A stretch of DNA of 64,000 nt from Myxococcota bacterium (GTDB lineage Bacteria; Myxococcota_A; UBA796; SXON01), in the NCBI GenBank assembly GCA_040386535.1, contig JAZKFH010000019.1, forward strand, positions 162,086-226,085, given 5' to 3'. Under the pieces are notes generated by a model, which saw nothing but the letters and a program-made list of their open reading frames with translations, was not told where the DNA came from and ran no database searches. Position 1 is the first letter of the stretch. Every line of letters begins with the position of its first letter. Shown one piece after another: positions 1 through 8,383 of the stretch. Both the position numbers and the translations under genes were made by a program.

Positions 1-151
1 CGTTGAGGGCGAGCGTGGCGAGAGAAGGACGTTCGCGTTTCCGACTTTCCGTTCCGTCGCGGCCGACGATCAGGACGTTGTAGTTCGCGTGCCAGTTCCC
101 CGTCTTCCCGTCCCGGTAGGCCCTCACCTGGTTCTCTACGGGGCGTCCCAT
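1..151 (-). CDS. 5' part of a probable tyrosine integrase (arm-binding N-terminal region); runs off the window
   Basis: ATG at 151 preceded by AAGGAG/GGAG; reads MGRPVENQVRAYRDGKTGNWHANYNVLIVGRDGTESRKRERPSLAT, a W..Y...DG..RKR.R.SL.T pattern typical of integrase arm-binding domains; divergent from an XRE gene; att-like site at 46505. The catalytic domain is not visible. Confidence 0.5.
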   Translation of the reverse strand, partial: MGRPVENQVRAYRDGKTGNWHANYNVLIVGRDGTESRKRERPSLATLALN

Positions 152-184
152 CTCCGGCTCCTTGCGCCCCCTGTTTGCCTCACA

Positions 185-199
185 TGCACTTTTAGTGCA
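185..199. promoter_or_regulatory. Inverted repeat TGCACT-TTT-AGTGCA, candidate operator in the divergent integrase/XRE promoter
   Basis: Perfect 6-bp inverted repeat in an AT-richer gap between divergent genes. Confidence 0.45.
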
Positions 200-257
200 A
201 GCACCACCAATAGATCATTCCGCAGCGCGGGCGGGATCGGGACCATGACCCCGTTCC

Positions 258-632
258 ATGCCACGCCCCCGCGATCCCGAACTCCTGCGCGCCCTCGGCC
301 GACGCTTCCATGCCCTCCGTACGAAGGCCGAGTGGTCGCAGGAGCAGCTTGCCGAAGCGATAGGCGTAGGCCCGAACATGGTGAGCTACTACGAAAACGG
401 CCGGAAGGGGCTGTCCATTGACTCCCTGGCCCTCGCGGCCCGTGCGCTCGGCGTGCGGCTCGCCGACCTCGTCGATGTTGAGCCCGGCGCCAGCGCCCCC
501 GAGGCGTACTCCCGGCCGCCGACCGAGGACGATTCCCTCGCAGGTGCGATCCGCGCGCTTCCGCCAGGCGCGCGGGAGCTTGCGGGGGATCTCGTGCGCG
601 ATCTGGCCCGGCGGTGGCCGTCCGAGGTGTAG
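258..632 (+). CDS. XRE-family helix-turn-helix transcriptional regulator
   Basis: LGRRFHALRTKAEWSQEQLAEAIGVGPNMVSYYENGRKGLSIDSLALAARALGV is a classic HTH_3 pattern. Confidence 0.9.
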   Translation: MPRPRDPELLRALGRRFHALRTKAEWSQEQLAEAIGVGPNMVSYYENGRKGLSIDSLALAARALGVRLADLVDVEPGASAPEAYSRPPTEDDSLAGAIRALPPGARELAGDLVRDLARRWPSEV

Positions 633-938
633 GCTCGAGGTTCTCGGATCACGCGGGTGGTTGGGCCGGCTGCGGACGCCAAGGCGTAGGCCGTTGGCGC
701 TATGGAGGATCGGCTTCGTGCGGCGAGCGCTGATCCCCGCGCGCCCACGTCCGGATGGAGCGTACGGCCTCGCGGATCTCGTCGTCAGTGAGCACGCCGC
801 ACTATCGCCGGCCCGCTGGATGTGCGCCAGAGCCGCGCGAACGAGCCGATCATATGGGCCAATCCGGAGCCCCGGCGAGCGGGCGTGACCGAGAGGGCTG
901 GCCCGTGTACACTGCGCCCCACGTACAAGGTGCGCTGA

Positions 939-2288
939 ATGGGGTTCTTTAGGTTCCGGAAGTCGATCCGCATCGCGCCGGGAATCCGCCTCTCGCTGAG
1001 CAAGCGCGGCCTGGGCGTCTCCGCGGGGGTCAGGGGATTCCGGGCGTCGATGGGTTCGCGGGGATTGGGGTTGACGGCGGGCATTCCTGGCACGGGCCTC
1101 TCGTACTCCATGTTCAGCGGGAGCGGCAGCCGCTCGACAGGTGGCCGTTCATCTTACCGAGAGTTGCAGCGTTCCCAACGCGAGGAGCAGCGCAGGGCCA
1201 TCGCGGCCGCGCGCGCACAGGAGAAAGCCGCTGCCCTCGCCGCCGCACGCGCCGAGCACGAGGCGCACGAAACTCAGATCGGGGCGCTCCGATCCGTCCT
1301 ACGTGAACGCGAAGTGGAGCGGTTCGCGTGGTCCGAACTTGTCGCGTGTCAGGGGCCGTTCGTACCCGTGCCGTTCGTGCCGCCGGCCTTCGCGCCTCCG
1401 CCCGGTGTCGTGCGGGGACGAGTGGCTACGCGTCACCCGGTGTGGGGCTGGGTATTTACGGGCGTTGTCAGCCTGCTCGCGGCGGGGTTCCTTTCGGTCT
1501 CGGGCATCGCCGTGGCCTTTGCCGCAGGAGCCGAGGTGGGCACGCGCCTTGTGGCTGGAGCCATCCCCATCCTCCTCGCGCTTGTGCTGGCCGCGGTCGC
1601 GGTCGCCTGCACCATCGCCGCCCTTGGGGCTACCCGTCGGCGACCAGCGGAGATGCTGCGCGTGCTCGCCGAGATGGAGGGGGAACACGCCCGCCAAGTG
1701 GACGACGAGCGCGAAGCCCATGCAGAAGCGCAGGCGCGCGAGGCGCGCGAGTGGGCCGCGGATGAGGTGGCACGCGAGGAGTTGCGTGACGCGGCATCTC
1801 GGCAGGACCCGGAGCCCCTGGCGCACCTCCTGGCGGCCGAGTTGGAGAACGAGGACTTTCCGATCCCGGTTGTTTGTGACGCGGACTTCGACGGCTGCGA
1901 ACGCGTCGCGATCTGGCTGGAGTTGCCGGACCTCGATGACGTTCCTGATGAGCGCACGTCCCTGACGAGTACCGGGAAGCTTTCGCGCAAGAAGATGGCG
2001 CAGCGCGACCGCGTGGCGATCTATGAGGATCTCTGCTGTGGTGTCGCGCTACGTCTCACCCACGAGGCATTTCGCGTGATTCCGGCGCTCATCGAGGTGA
2101 TGGTGGAGGGGGTATTCACCCAGCCGGACGCGACCGGCAAGGACACGGAGGGGACGGCATTGCGCTTCACCGTCACCCGAACCCGGTTTTTGGAGTGCGA
2201 CCTGGACAAACTCGACCCGAGCGATGCAGTCCGCGCGCTCGGGGTGTTCAATTGCTCGCGGAAAGGGGAGTTGGAGGCGTTGAGGTAG
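939..2288 (+). CDS. DUF4236 domain membrane protein
   Basis: N-terminal FRFRKSIRIAPGIRLSLSKRGLG...GIPGTGLSY signature; coiled coil; two hydrophobic helices; soluble C-terminal domain. Confidence 0.85.
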   Translation: MGFFRFRKSIRIAPGIRLSLSKRGLGVSAGVRGFRASMGSRGLGLTAGIPGTGLSYSMFSGSGSRSTGGRSSYRELQRSQREEQRRAIAAARAQEKAAALAAARAEHEAHETQIGALRSVLREREVERFAWSELVACQGPFVPVPFVPPAFAPPPGVVRGRVATRHPVWGWVFTGVVSLLAAGFLSVSGIAVAFAAGAEVGTRLVAGAIPILLALVLAAVAVACTIAALGATRRRPAEMLRVLAEMEGEHARQVDDEREAHAEAQAREAREWAADEVAREELRDAASRQDPEPLAHLLAAELENEDFPIPVVCDADFDGCERVAIWLELPDLDDVPDERTSLTSTGKLSRKKMAQRDRVAIYEDLCCGVALRLTHEAFRVIPALIEVMVEGVFTQPDATGKDTEGTALRFTVTRTRFLECDLDKLDPSDAVRALGVFNCSRKGELEALR

Positions 2289-2321
2289 GCTATCGGGAGG
2301 ACCCTGTGGTCCGCCCGGTGG

Positions 2322-4121
2322 TCAGGTTGCGGTTTTCCCGCAGCAGCCCTTGTATTTCCGTCCGCTGCCACACACGCACGGCCCGTTACGCGCCACCCGT
2401 TGCGGCCGCGGTGAAGGGGGCCGCGGCGTGTCCTTGGGCGAAGGCGCACCGCTCGCCGCCCTGAGCGCGGCCCCGAAGGGGCCGTCGATCTGCACGCCCT
2501 TCGAGGTCCATCGAACGGGGAACAATGGGCTGATCGCGAGCATGCGCTCCACGTCCTCCCGCGTCGCCGGCGGCTCTGTGGAGGACCCTTGGATTCGCAG
2601 AAGCACCGTCATGCTGTCCCCCAACCCCTTCCACGAGTCATCGCCGACTTGGTGTTCGAGCAAGGCGCCCGATTGCAGTAACAGCGAAAACAGCTCGTCC
2701 GTCCGTTCGGGGGAACGTCGATCCCGCTCGCTCGGCCGCCAAACCCGACGGTCGATTTCATCGCGAACTCGGCGCAAAAGACGTTTCGCCTCGGCGCGCT
2801 CCGCCTCTTGGGTCGATCTGGTCAGAACGCGTAGGAGGAGCTCAACGCCACGCCTCAGACCCCAGCCGGCAGGGTCATGGGCCAGTCCGCGCTCGGTTAC
2901 GAGGAGCATGGCCGGGGCCACCTCCCGGTCCGCGGCCCCCGCCAACGCGGCCTGGGCAAGATCCTCGTGCCCCGCGCCCTTCTCGCTGAGCCGTATGTAG
3001 TCGGCCCACCATGCCGTCGGCACGTTGTCGGCCTTCGCGCGGTCGATCAGCGATACGATTTCGTCCTCGTTCCGCTCGCTCGCTGATCGGTCGAGGAGAA
3101 GCATCGCTAAGTTCGCGTGTGCGAGGGGGTACCCCGCCTCAGACGCGCGGCGCGCGTACGCGAGCGCTCGATCGGCGTTCCGCTCGATACCCAGTCCGTC
3201 GGCGCAAATCGCTACGAGTAGGTTGAGCGCTTCGGGATGATCGGCCTCGGCCGCTCTCTCTGCCCATACGCGCGCTCGGGCCATGTCGGGCGCACCGGGG
3301 TAGGCACTTTTCGCCTCCATCAGCGCGTGCGCAAGCATCGATTGCGCGTCCGGATGCCCCTCGTCGGCAGCCCATTCGAGAAGGTCCGCAGCATCATTCG
3401 TGGTCTCCGCCGAACGGATCTCCATGAGCATGATTTGCGCGCGCTCGAACATCGCGTCTCGACGCTCTATCGGCTGCGTGGTGCGCTGCGTGGCCCGCTT
3501 GAACCAGCTCAGGGCTTCAACAAAGCCCGCAGTGTTGGTCATCCAGGAGGACTGCTTCTCCGCCCTCGCGCGCTCCGCTGTCTCCACCTTGCTCGCCGTC
3601 GCTTCGGCGCGAAACCGCCGGCCGATCAACATCATCGCCGAGGCGTCATCCTTAAAAATCGCCCGCTCGCAGATCGTGCCCCAGTGGACCGAGGGCGGCT
3701 CGACGAACGGGGCGAGCTGGGCGATATCCACGCCCGCGACGCGCTCCGCGTAGTGGGAGACGAGGCCGTAGAGCTTGAAAAGGGCATCGCGTGCCTCATC
3801 GCGCGTGGGCGGGCCGTCAGGACGCTGCTCAGGGTGCGCGCCCAGGTTCCCGGCTACGCGAACCTCGTGGAACGCCTCGGCCACAGGGCCGCGCAGGGCC
3901 AGCGAACGTATCAGGCGGTCGGTCTGGTCCTTGAGGGTGCCGCCGGTCCCGCGGGCGAGGTGGCGCGTCCAGGCGTCTACCAAGGCCGCCAGCGCGGCGC
4001 GGACCTGCACGAGCGCGTGACCCGGCAGCAAGGCGCAGGTACCCTCCGCCTCGGCGTAGAGCAGGGCGACCGGGGGCGGGGCCGCGTCTAAGGCGGAGCG
4101 GAGGGGCGGGGTGCGGATCAT
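2322..4121 (-). CDS. DUF4145 (HEPN-like) + Sel1 repeats + C-terminal SEC-C motif protein
   Basis: HEVRVAGNLGAHP (RxxGNxxAH); AADEGHPDAQ, AAEADHPEA and ASEAGYPLA Sel1 repeats; RNGPCVCGSGRKYKGCCG. Confidence 0.8.
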   Translation of the reverse strand: MIRTPPLRSALDAAPPPVALLYAEAEGTCALLPGHALVQVRAALAALVDAWTRHLARGTGGTLKDQTDRLIRSLALRGPVAEAFHEVRVAGNLGAHPEQRPDGPPTRDEARDALFKLYGLVSHYAERVAGVDIAQLAPFVEPPSVHWGTICERAIFKDDASAMMLIGRRFRAEATASKVETAERARAEKQSSWMTNTAGFVEALSWFKRATQRTTQPIERRDAMFERAQIMLMEIRSAETTNDAADLLEWAADEGHPDAQSMLAHALMEAKSAYPGAPDMARARVWAERAAEADHPEALNLLVAICADGLGIERNADRALAYARRASEAGYPLAHANLAMLLLDRSASERNEDEIVSLIDRAKADNVPTAWWADYIRLSEKGAGHEDLAQAALAGAADREVAPAMLLVTERGLAHDPAGWGLRRGVELLLRVLTRSTQEAERAEAKRLLRRVRDEIDRRVWRPSERDRRSPERTDELFSLLLQSGALLEHQVGDDSWKGLGDSMTVLLRIQGSSTEPPATREDVERMLAISPLFPVRWTSKGVQIDGPFGAALRAASGAPSPKDTPRPPSPRPQRVARNGPCVCGSGRKYKGCCGKTAT

Positions 4122-4333
4122 GGCCAGCCAGGAGGTCCGGCTACTACGCTGCGACTACGACGGAGCTTCAACCTAAAGTGCCGTGGTACGAGGACGACGT
4201 CCTGCGCGTGGTTGGAGCCTCCCCCCGATCAGGGGACACCGCCTGTTCGGCGGAATGTGGCGCGAGTGCGCGAAGCGTTATCCGCATCGAGTCCCCCATC
4301 TCGTGGAGCGCGCCCCAGCCGCCGCGTGCTCGG

Positions 4334-4651
4334 CTACCGCTGAACGCCGTCGCAATCGATGCCCCAGACCCCGTTGTCGAGGTCGTTCAACTCCTGGGCG
4401 CAGCACTGCTCGCCATAGTCGTCGTCGAGGCAGCCATAGCCTACGGCGCAGTCGCAGTCTTCCCGGCACAGGTCACCCAGGTAGCCGTCCGCGCGGTCGC
4501 CGCCGCATTCATCGTAGCCGCCGTCCTCGTCCTGCTCGATATTGCCGCCGCTGCCTCCGCCGCTGCTGTAGCACCCGGCGATAGAGGCGCCTGCGACTAT
4601 CGCCACCGACAGGAGAGCCAGCCGGAAGATCACAAACATGCTTTGCATTAC
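4334..4651 (-). CDS. Small Cys/Asp-rich lipoprotein (start uncertain)
   Basis: Hydrophobic signal ending IAG-C, then a Gly linker and a Cys/Asp-rich domain. Confidence 0.55.
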   Translation of the reverse strand, partial: VMQSMFVIFRLALLSVAIVAGASIAGCYSSGGGSGGNIEQDEDGGYDECGGDRADGYLGDLCREDCDCAVGYGCLDDDYGEQCCAQELNDLDNGVWGIDCDGVQR

Positions 4652-4780
4652 GTCGTTCTCCGAACGCGGAGGGTACGCCAACGCGAGTGCGTGTGCAAGC
4701 GGGCGCCGGCCACGCGTCGATGACGAGGGGATCCCCAGGTCCGACGACGCCCGATCACTGGGGAGCGCGCCGCCGGCGCC

Positions 4781-5434
4781 TCAGCTCAACGCGGTAGCCA
4801 TGCTGGCCCAGTCTTGGGAGACGCGGTCAACGCGTCCTCGGTTGCGGTTGTTTCGGCCCAGCGCGCCAGGATGAGACTGACACCAGACCTTCGCGCCGTT
4901 CGGCGCCGTGAACGGGGCCTCGATTGCTGACGCCATCGGGCCGATCGCCTTGCCGCCAGATGCGACCCGCAACGCGTTGAACGTGCGGAGGCCGAAGCAG
5001 ACCACAAGTGCCGGGTTCACGATCTCTACCTGGGGGAGGGCGTAGTCTCGCGCCGCACGCAGCAGATCGCTCTGCGGGATGGCTGCGCTCATGCCGCCGG
5101 GCTTCACGAATGGGAACAGGTTGGTCGCAAAGACCTCGTTGCGCGTGACCCGGAGGTACGTTTGCAAGAGCGCGTCGAGGTTCTTGTTCGTGGGCGAGTT
5201 CGGGCCGTACCCCAAGCCCGGATTCGCGGGGGGCTTCTTCAAACCCTCCTCCGAGTCCCAGTCTTGCAGGATGAGCATCACGGTCGCATCCAGGTTGCCC
5301 GCGACAATGCTGAGCGGGGAGACGTGGTCGCACTCGTAGATGCCGCCGAGGTAGTCACCGATGCCGCCGTACCCGTCCCAGCGGGCGGCCTTCCTCTTCG
5401 CCACGAGAGCCGCCATCGCACTTGCCTTCGACAT
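4781..5434 (-). CDS. Uracil-DNA-glycosylase-like superfamily protein
   Basis: GNLDATVMLILQDW, VFATNLFPF, QVEIVNPALVVCFG and SHPG motifs; start set at ATG 5434 after GAGGA. Confidence 0.75.
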   Translation of the reverse strand: MSKASAMAALVAKRKAARWDGYGGIGDYLGGIYECDHVSPLSIVAGNLDATVMLILQDWDSEEGLKKPPANPGLGYGPNSPTNKNLDALLQTYLRVTRNEVFATNLFPFVKPGGMSAAIPQSDLLRAARDYALPQVEIVNPALVVCFGLRTFNALRVASGGKAIGPMASAIEAPFTAPNGAKVWCQSHPGALGRNNRNRGRVDRVSQDWASMATALS

Positions 5435-5829
5435 CTTTGATTTCCTCGGACGCGGCAAGGTAGCGGGTGGGGAGAGCAAAGGCACCAGCGTTGGAACGAT
5501 TCGCGCGCTCGGCGGCAACGGCGCCGGGTCCTCGACCACCACCGGCTTGGAGCGTGGGCACCTCGTGCGAGGGGAGGCGGGGCGCGCTCTCCTCGGCGCC
5601 ATGGCGCGCCAGATCAGCGCCGCCCCCGTTACGCCGCGCGTCGGCATCGGTGCTACCCCGAGCGGGACGTGCTGAGCGCTTGCCGGCGCTGGCGGGATCG
5701 CGCCCGCGACTCGAGGAGCACAACGCGCTCGGCCTCCGCATGGGCCGGGCGCACCCCCAAAGCATAGCGCATAGGCTGCACCCGCGCGTCGCGAGTGTGG
5801 TAGGCTCGCCGCCCCCCAGGAACGCAAGA

Positions 5830-6168
5830 ATGCCCCCTAAGACGCCCCAGTACGACGCCTCGATCCTCACCACCATGGCCGCGCGCCTATACAGCCAGGC
5901 CAGCACGATCACGCTAAAGTACGCCTTCCTCGGCTGTTTGGTGGGCCTCGCCACCGGCGGCGTCGCCGGGGTGATGGGCGGGGCGGAGGAACTTACCCTC
6001 GGCCTTGCCCTGGTCCTCGGCGTCTTCGGGGCCGTGCTGGGTGTAGCCGCCGCTGCGGAGCGGGCATTCATGCTCCGCCTCCAGGCTCAGAGCATCCTCG
6101 TGCAGGTTCAGATCGAGCGGAACACCCGCGCCGCCAGTTCGCACGGCGCGGGCGCCATGTCAGCCTGA
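5830..6168 (+). CDS. Small two-TM membrane protein
   Basis: Two Gly-rich hydrophobic helices and a C-terminal QIERNT; coding-like codon use. Confidence 0.6.
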   Translation: MPPKTPQYDASILTTMAARLYSQASTITLKYAFLGCLVGLATGGVAGVMGGAEELTLGLALVLGVFGAVLGVAAAAERAFMLRLQAQSILVQVQIERNTRAASSHGAGAMSA

Positions 6169-6317
6169 CGGGCGCCCCTCGCCGTACTGGCCAGCGGTGG
6201 TGCGACGCCCCGCCGCGGCCTGACGGGGCGGAGGCCGTTGGGCAGGCCGCGCCCGCGTCGTGAGAAGGCGCGCGATATGCTCGCGGCACAAGGTGATTTT
6301 ACGGGAGAGGTGCTCGC

Positions 6318-7250
6318 ATGAAGGCATGGTTGATGCTCTCGATCAGCGAGGGCCGGGAGCATGCAGGGAACCGTGGGTACGACGACGATCCGGCGGTCCG
6401 GTATAGCTGGGACAGCACCGTGGCGAACCATGGGGCCCCAAAGCCCGGCGACGTGATCGCCCTGTGGGATTCCGAGGTGCTGCTCGGGGTCTCGGTCATC
6501 GAGGTCATCGAGGAAGCCGATGGGCAGAAGGAGCGCCTTCGTTGCCCGAAATGTAGGAGCACGGGGATCAAGGAGCGGCAGAAGACGCGCCCGCGCTATC
6601 GGTGCTACCAGGAGGGTTGCCTCGCGGAGTTCGACGAGCCGGCGGTCGAGTGGATCGATGTTCACACGTACCGCACCCGGCACGATTCGGGCTGGATCGA
6701 CATGCAGGGGCTGATCGCCGGGCCCACGCTGCGAGCCCTGTGCGTACACCCTAAGTCCATCCAGAGCATCCGGGAGCTTGATTGGGCGCCCTTCTCGGAC
6801 GCGATCGGCGGGGCCGGCGGGCCCGGCGCCCTTGCGATCCTCGAGAGCACGCAGGAGCGCACCCTCAAGGGCGGGCACACCAAGGCGACGGTTAGGGTCC
6901 GCGTCGGGCAGCAGGCGTTTCGTACGGCCCTCGTCAAGAGGTTCGGGAGTACCTGTGCCTTTACTGGCCCCCAGCCGCTCGCCTCGCTCGACGCTGCGCA
7001 TCTTTATGCCTACGCTGACGTGGAGCAGCATCACGAGCACGGCGGACTCCTTCTGCGCAAGGACATGCACCGGCTGTTTGATCTCGGATGGCTCTGTATT
7101 GAGCCAACGTCGCGAAAGATCAGCGTGGGCCCCGCGCTCGGCGCGTTCCCCGATTACGCTCGCCTCGAGGGAATCGACGTACACGTTCCCCTCCCGCCTT
7201 CGACGTTGGCTTGGCTCCGTGAGCACTGGATCCAGCACCGCGGCACGTAG
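6318..7250 (+). CDS. HNH endonuclease with N-terminal EVE/PUA-like region and Zn-ribbon insert; candidate modification-dependent nuclease
   Basis: RVRVGQQAFRTAL..CAFTG..LDAAHL..GLLLRKDMHRLFDLG (HNH_2 pattern); CPKC..C..C ribbon; GGAGAGG RBS. Confidence 0.85.
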   Translation: MKAWLMLSISEGREHAGNRGYDDDPAVRYSWDSTVANHGAPKPGDVIALWDSEVLLGVSVIEVIEEADGQKERLRCPKCRSTGIKERQKTRPRYRCYQEGCLAEFDEPAVEWIDVHTYRTRHDSGWIDMQGLIAGPTLRALCVHPKSIQSIRELDWAPFSDAIGGAGGPGALAILESTQERTLKGGHTKATVRVRVGQQAFRTALVKRFGSTCAFTGPQPLASLDAAHLYAYADVEQHHEHGGLLLRKDMHRLFDLGWLCIEPTSRKISVGPALGAFPDYARLEGIDVHVPLPPSTLAWLREHWIQHRGT

Positions 7251-7346
7251 GGCAGTGCGCCCCCGGCGCTTCAGCCGATGGATGTCGCGGGGCTCCTGAA
7301 TGCTCATGGGCGAGCGCCTGCCCGCTCCGCACGCTACGCTCCGGCA

Positions 7347-8243
7347 ATGAACGTAGCGGAACCTCGTCTTGACCCGCCTCGCTGGATCCCGTGGCGCGAG
7401 ATCGCGCAGCGCACGCTCCCGCAACTCGAGCGGCGAGGGGCGTACGTGATCGCGCGAATGGACGCCGACACCGCGGCCTCCGCCCCCGACGTGACCCTGT
7501 GCCTGGACGACGGCGAGCGCGGCGTCGTGTACATTGGCGAGTCCCACGGGCGCACCGCGTCGCTCGGCGGGAGGCTCTTCGACTTCGGCTCGAGCGCCGG
7601 TTTCTCGGTGGGCTTGGACCGGCACTATGCAGCGTCGGGGTTCCGCGACCTCGCAGGGGCCCGCCAGGGGAGCCGCGTCGTCTCCGACGATGTGTACGTG
7701 GCTCTCTTCCCCGTGCCCGAGCGAGACCCGATCGTCCGGGATCGGCCGGACGCGCCGGGCGTGCTGCCCGCGCTCTACGAGGCCACCCTCCTGTGGGCGT
7801 TCGTCGAACGCCACGGGCACGTCCCGCGCCTCAACAACGCGGGCAACCACGGCGGGGCCGACATTGTGAAAGCCGCCCGGGACTTGGCCGCGGGCCTCGC
7901 CGCCGCCGACATCGCCGCGCTCCTTCAAGCTCGCGCAAACCCCGCCGCGGGGTACGCGGCTGCCGCGAGACTGGCCGAGGACATCGCTGTGACGGGCTGG
8001 GGGTACGGCGCGGGCGCCCGCGTCTACCGCGACGGCGGGAACGAGCCCTCGTGCTGGTCCGGTCGGCACCTCGGCGGCGGCACCTACGCCTACGTGGGCT
8101 GGCGCAACGCGGACGGGTTCGTGTTCGTCTCGATCTGGAAGGGCAATACTGAGTGCGTTTTCGGCGCCGATGATGAGGGCGCAGTGCCCGATGAGTCGTC
8201 GTTCCGCGCCCTCGTGGAGCGGCTGTACGTCCGCTGGCGATAG
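7347..8243 (+). CDS. GIY-YIG-like nuclease domain protein
   Basis: GAYVIA...VVYIGES...SLGGRL resembles the GIY-YIG core, with a later E and PRLN; TACGCT 6 nt before ATG 7347. Confidence 0.5.
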   Translation: MNVAEPRLDPPRWIPWREIAQRTLPQLERRGAYVIARMDADTAASAPDVTLCLDDGERGVVYIGESHGRTASLGGRLFDFGSSAGFSVGLDRHYAASGFRDLAGARQGSRVVSDDVYVALFPVPERDPIVRDRPDAPGVLPALYEATLLWAFVERHGHVPRLNNAGNHGGADIVKAARDLAAGLAAADIAALLQARANPAAGYAAAARLAEDIAVTGWGYGAGARVYRDGGNEPSCWSGRHLGGGTYAYVGWRNADGFVFVSIWKGNTECVFGADDEGAVPDESSFRALVERLYVRWR

Positions 8244-8383
8244 AAGCCCAGGACTCATCATCTTACCGTTGAGACGCCCGACCCCGCACCGCACCTCGGC
8301 TGAACCCGACAGGCCGTCTCGCTTCCTTCCCAGCGCCGCCGTGTTCGGCGTCTCAAGACCTCAACCGCTATGCAGGAAGTAGA

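Noticed and set aside
6108..8294. 728-aa minus-strand ORF
   Set aside because: Antisense shadow of motif-bearing + strand genes in high-GC DNA
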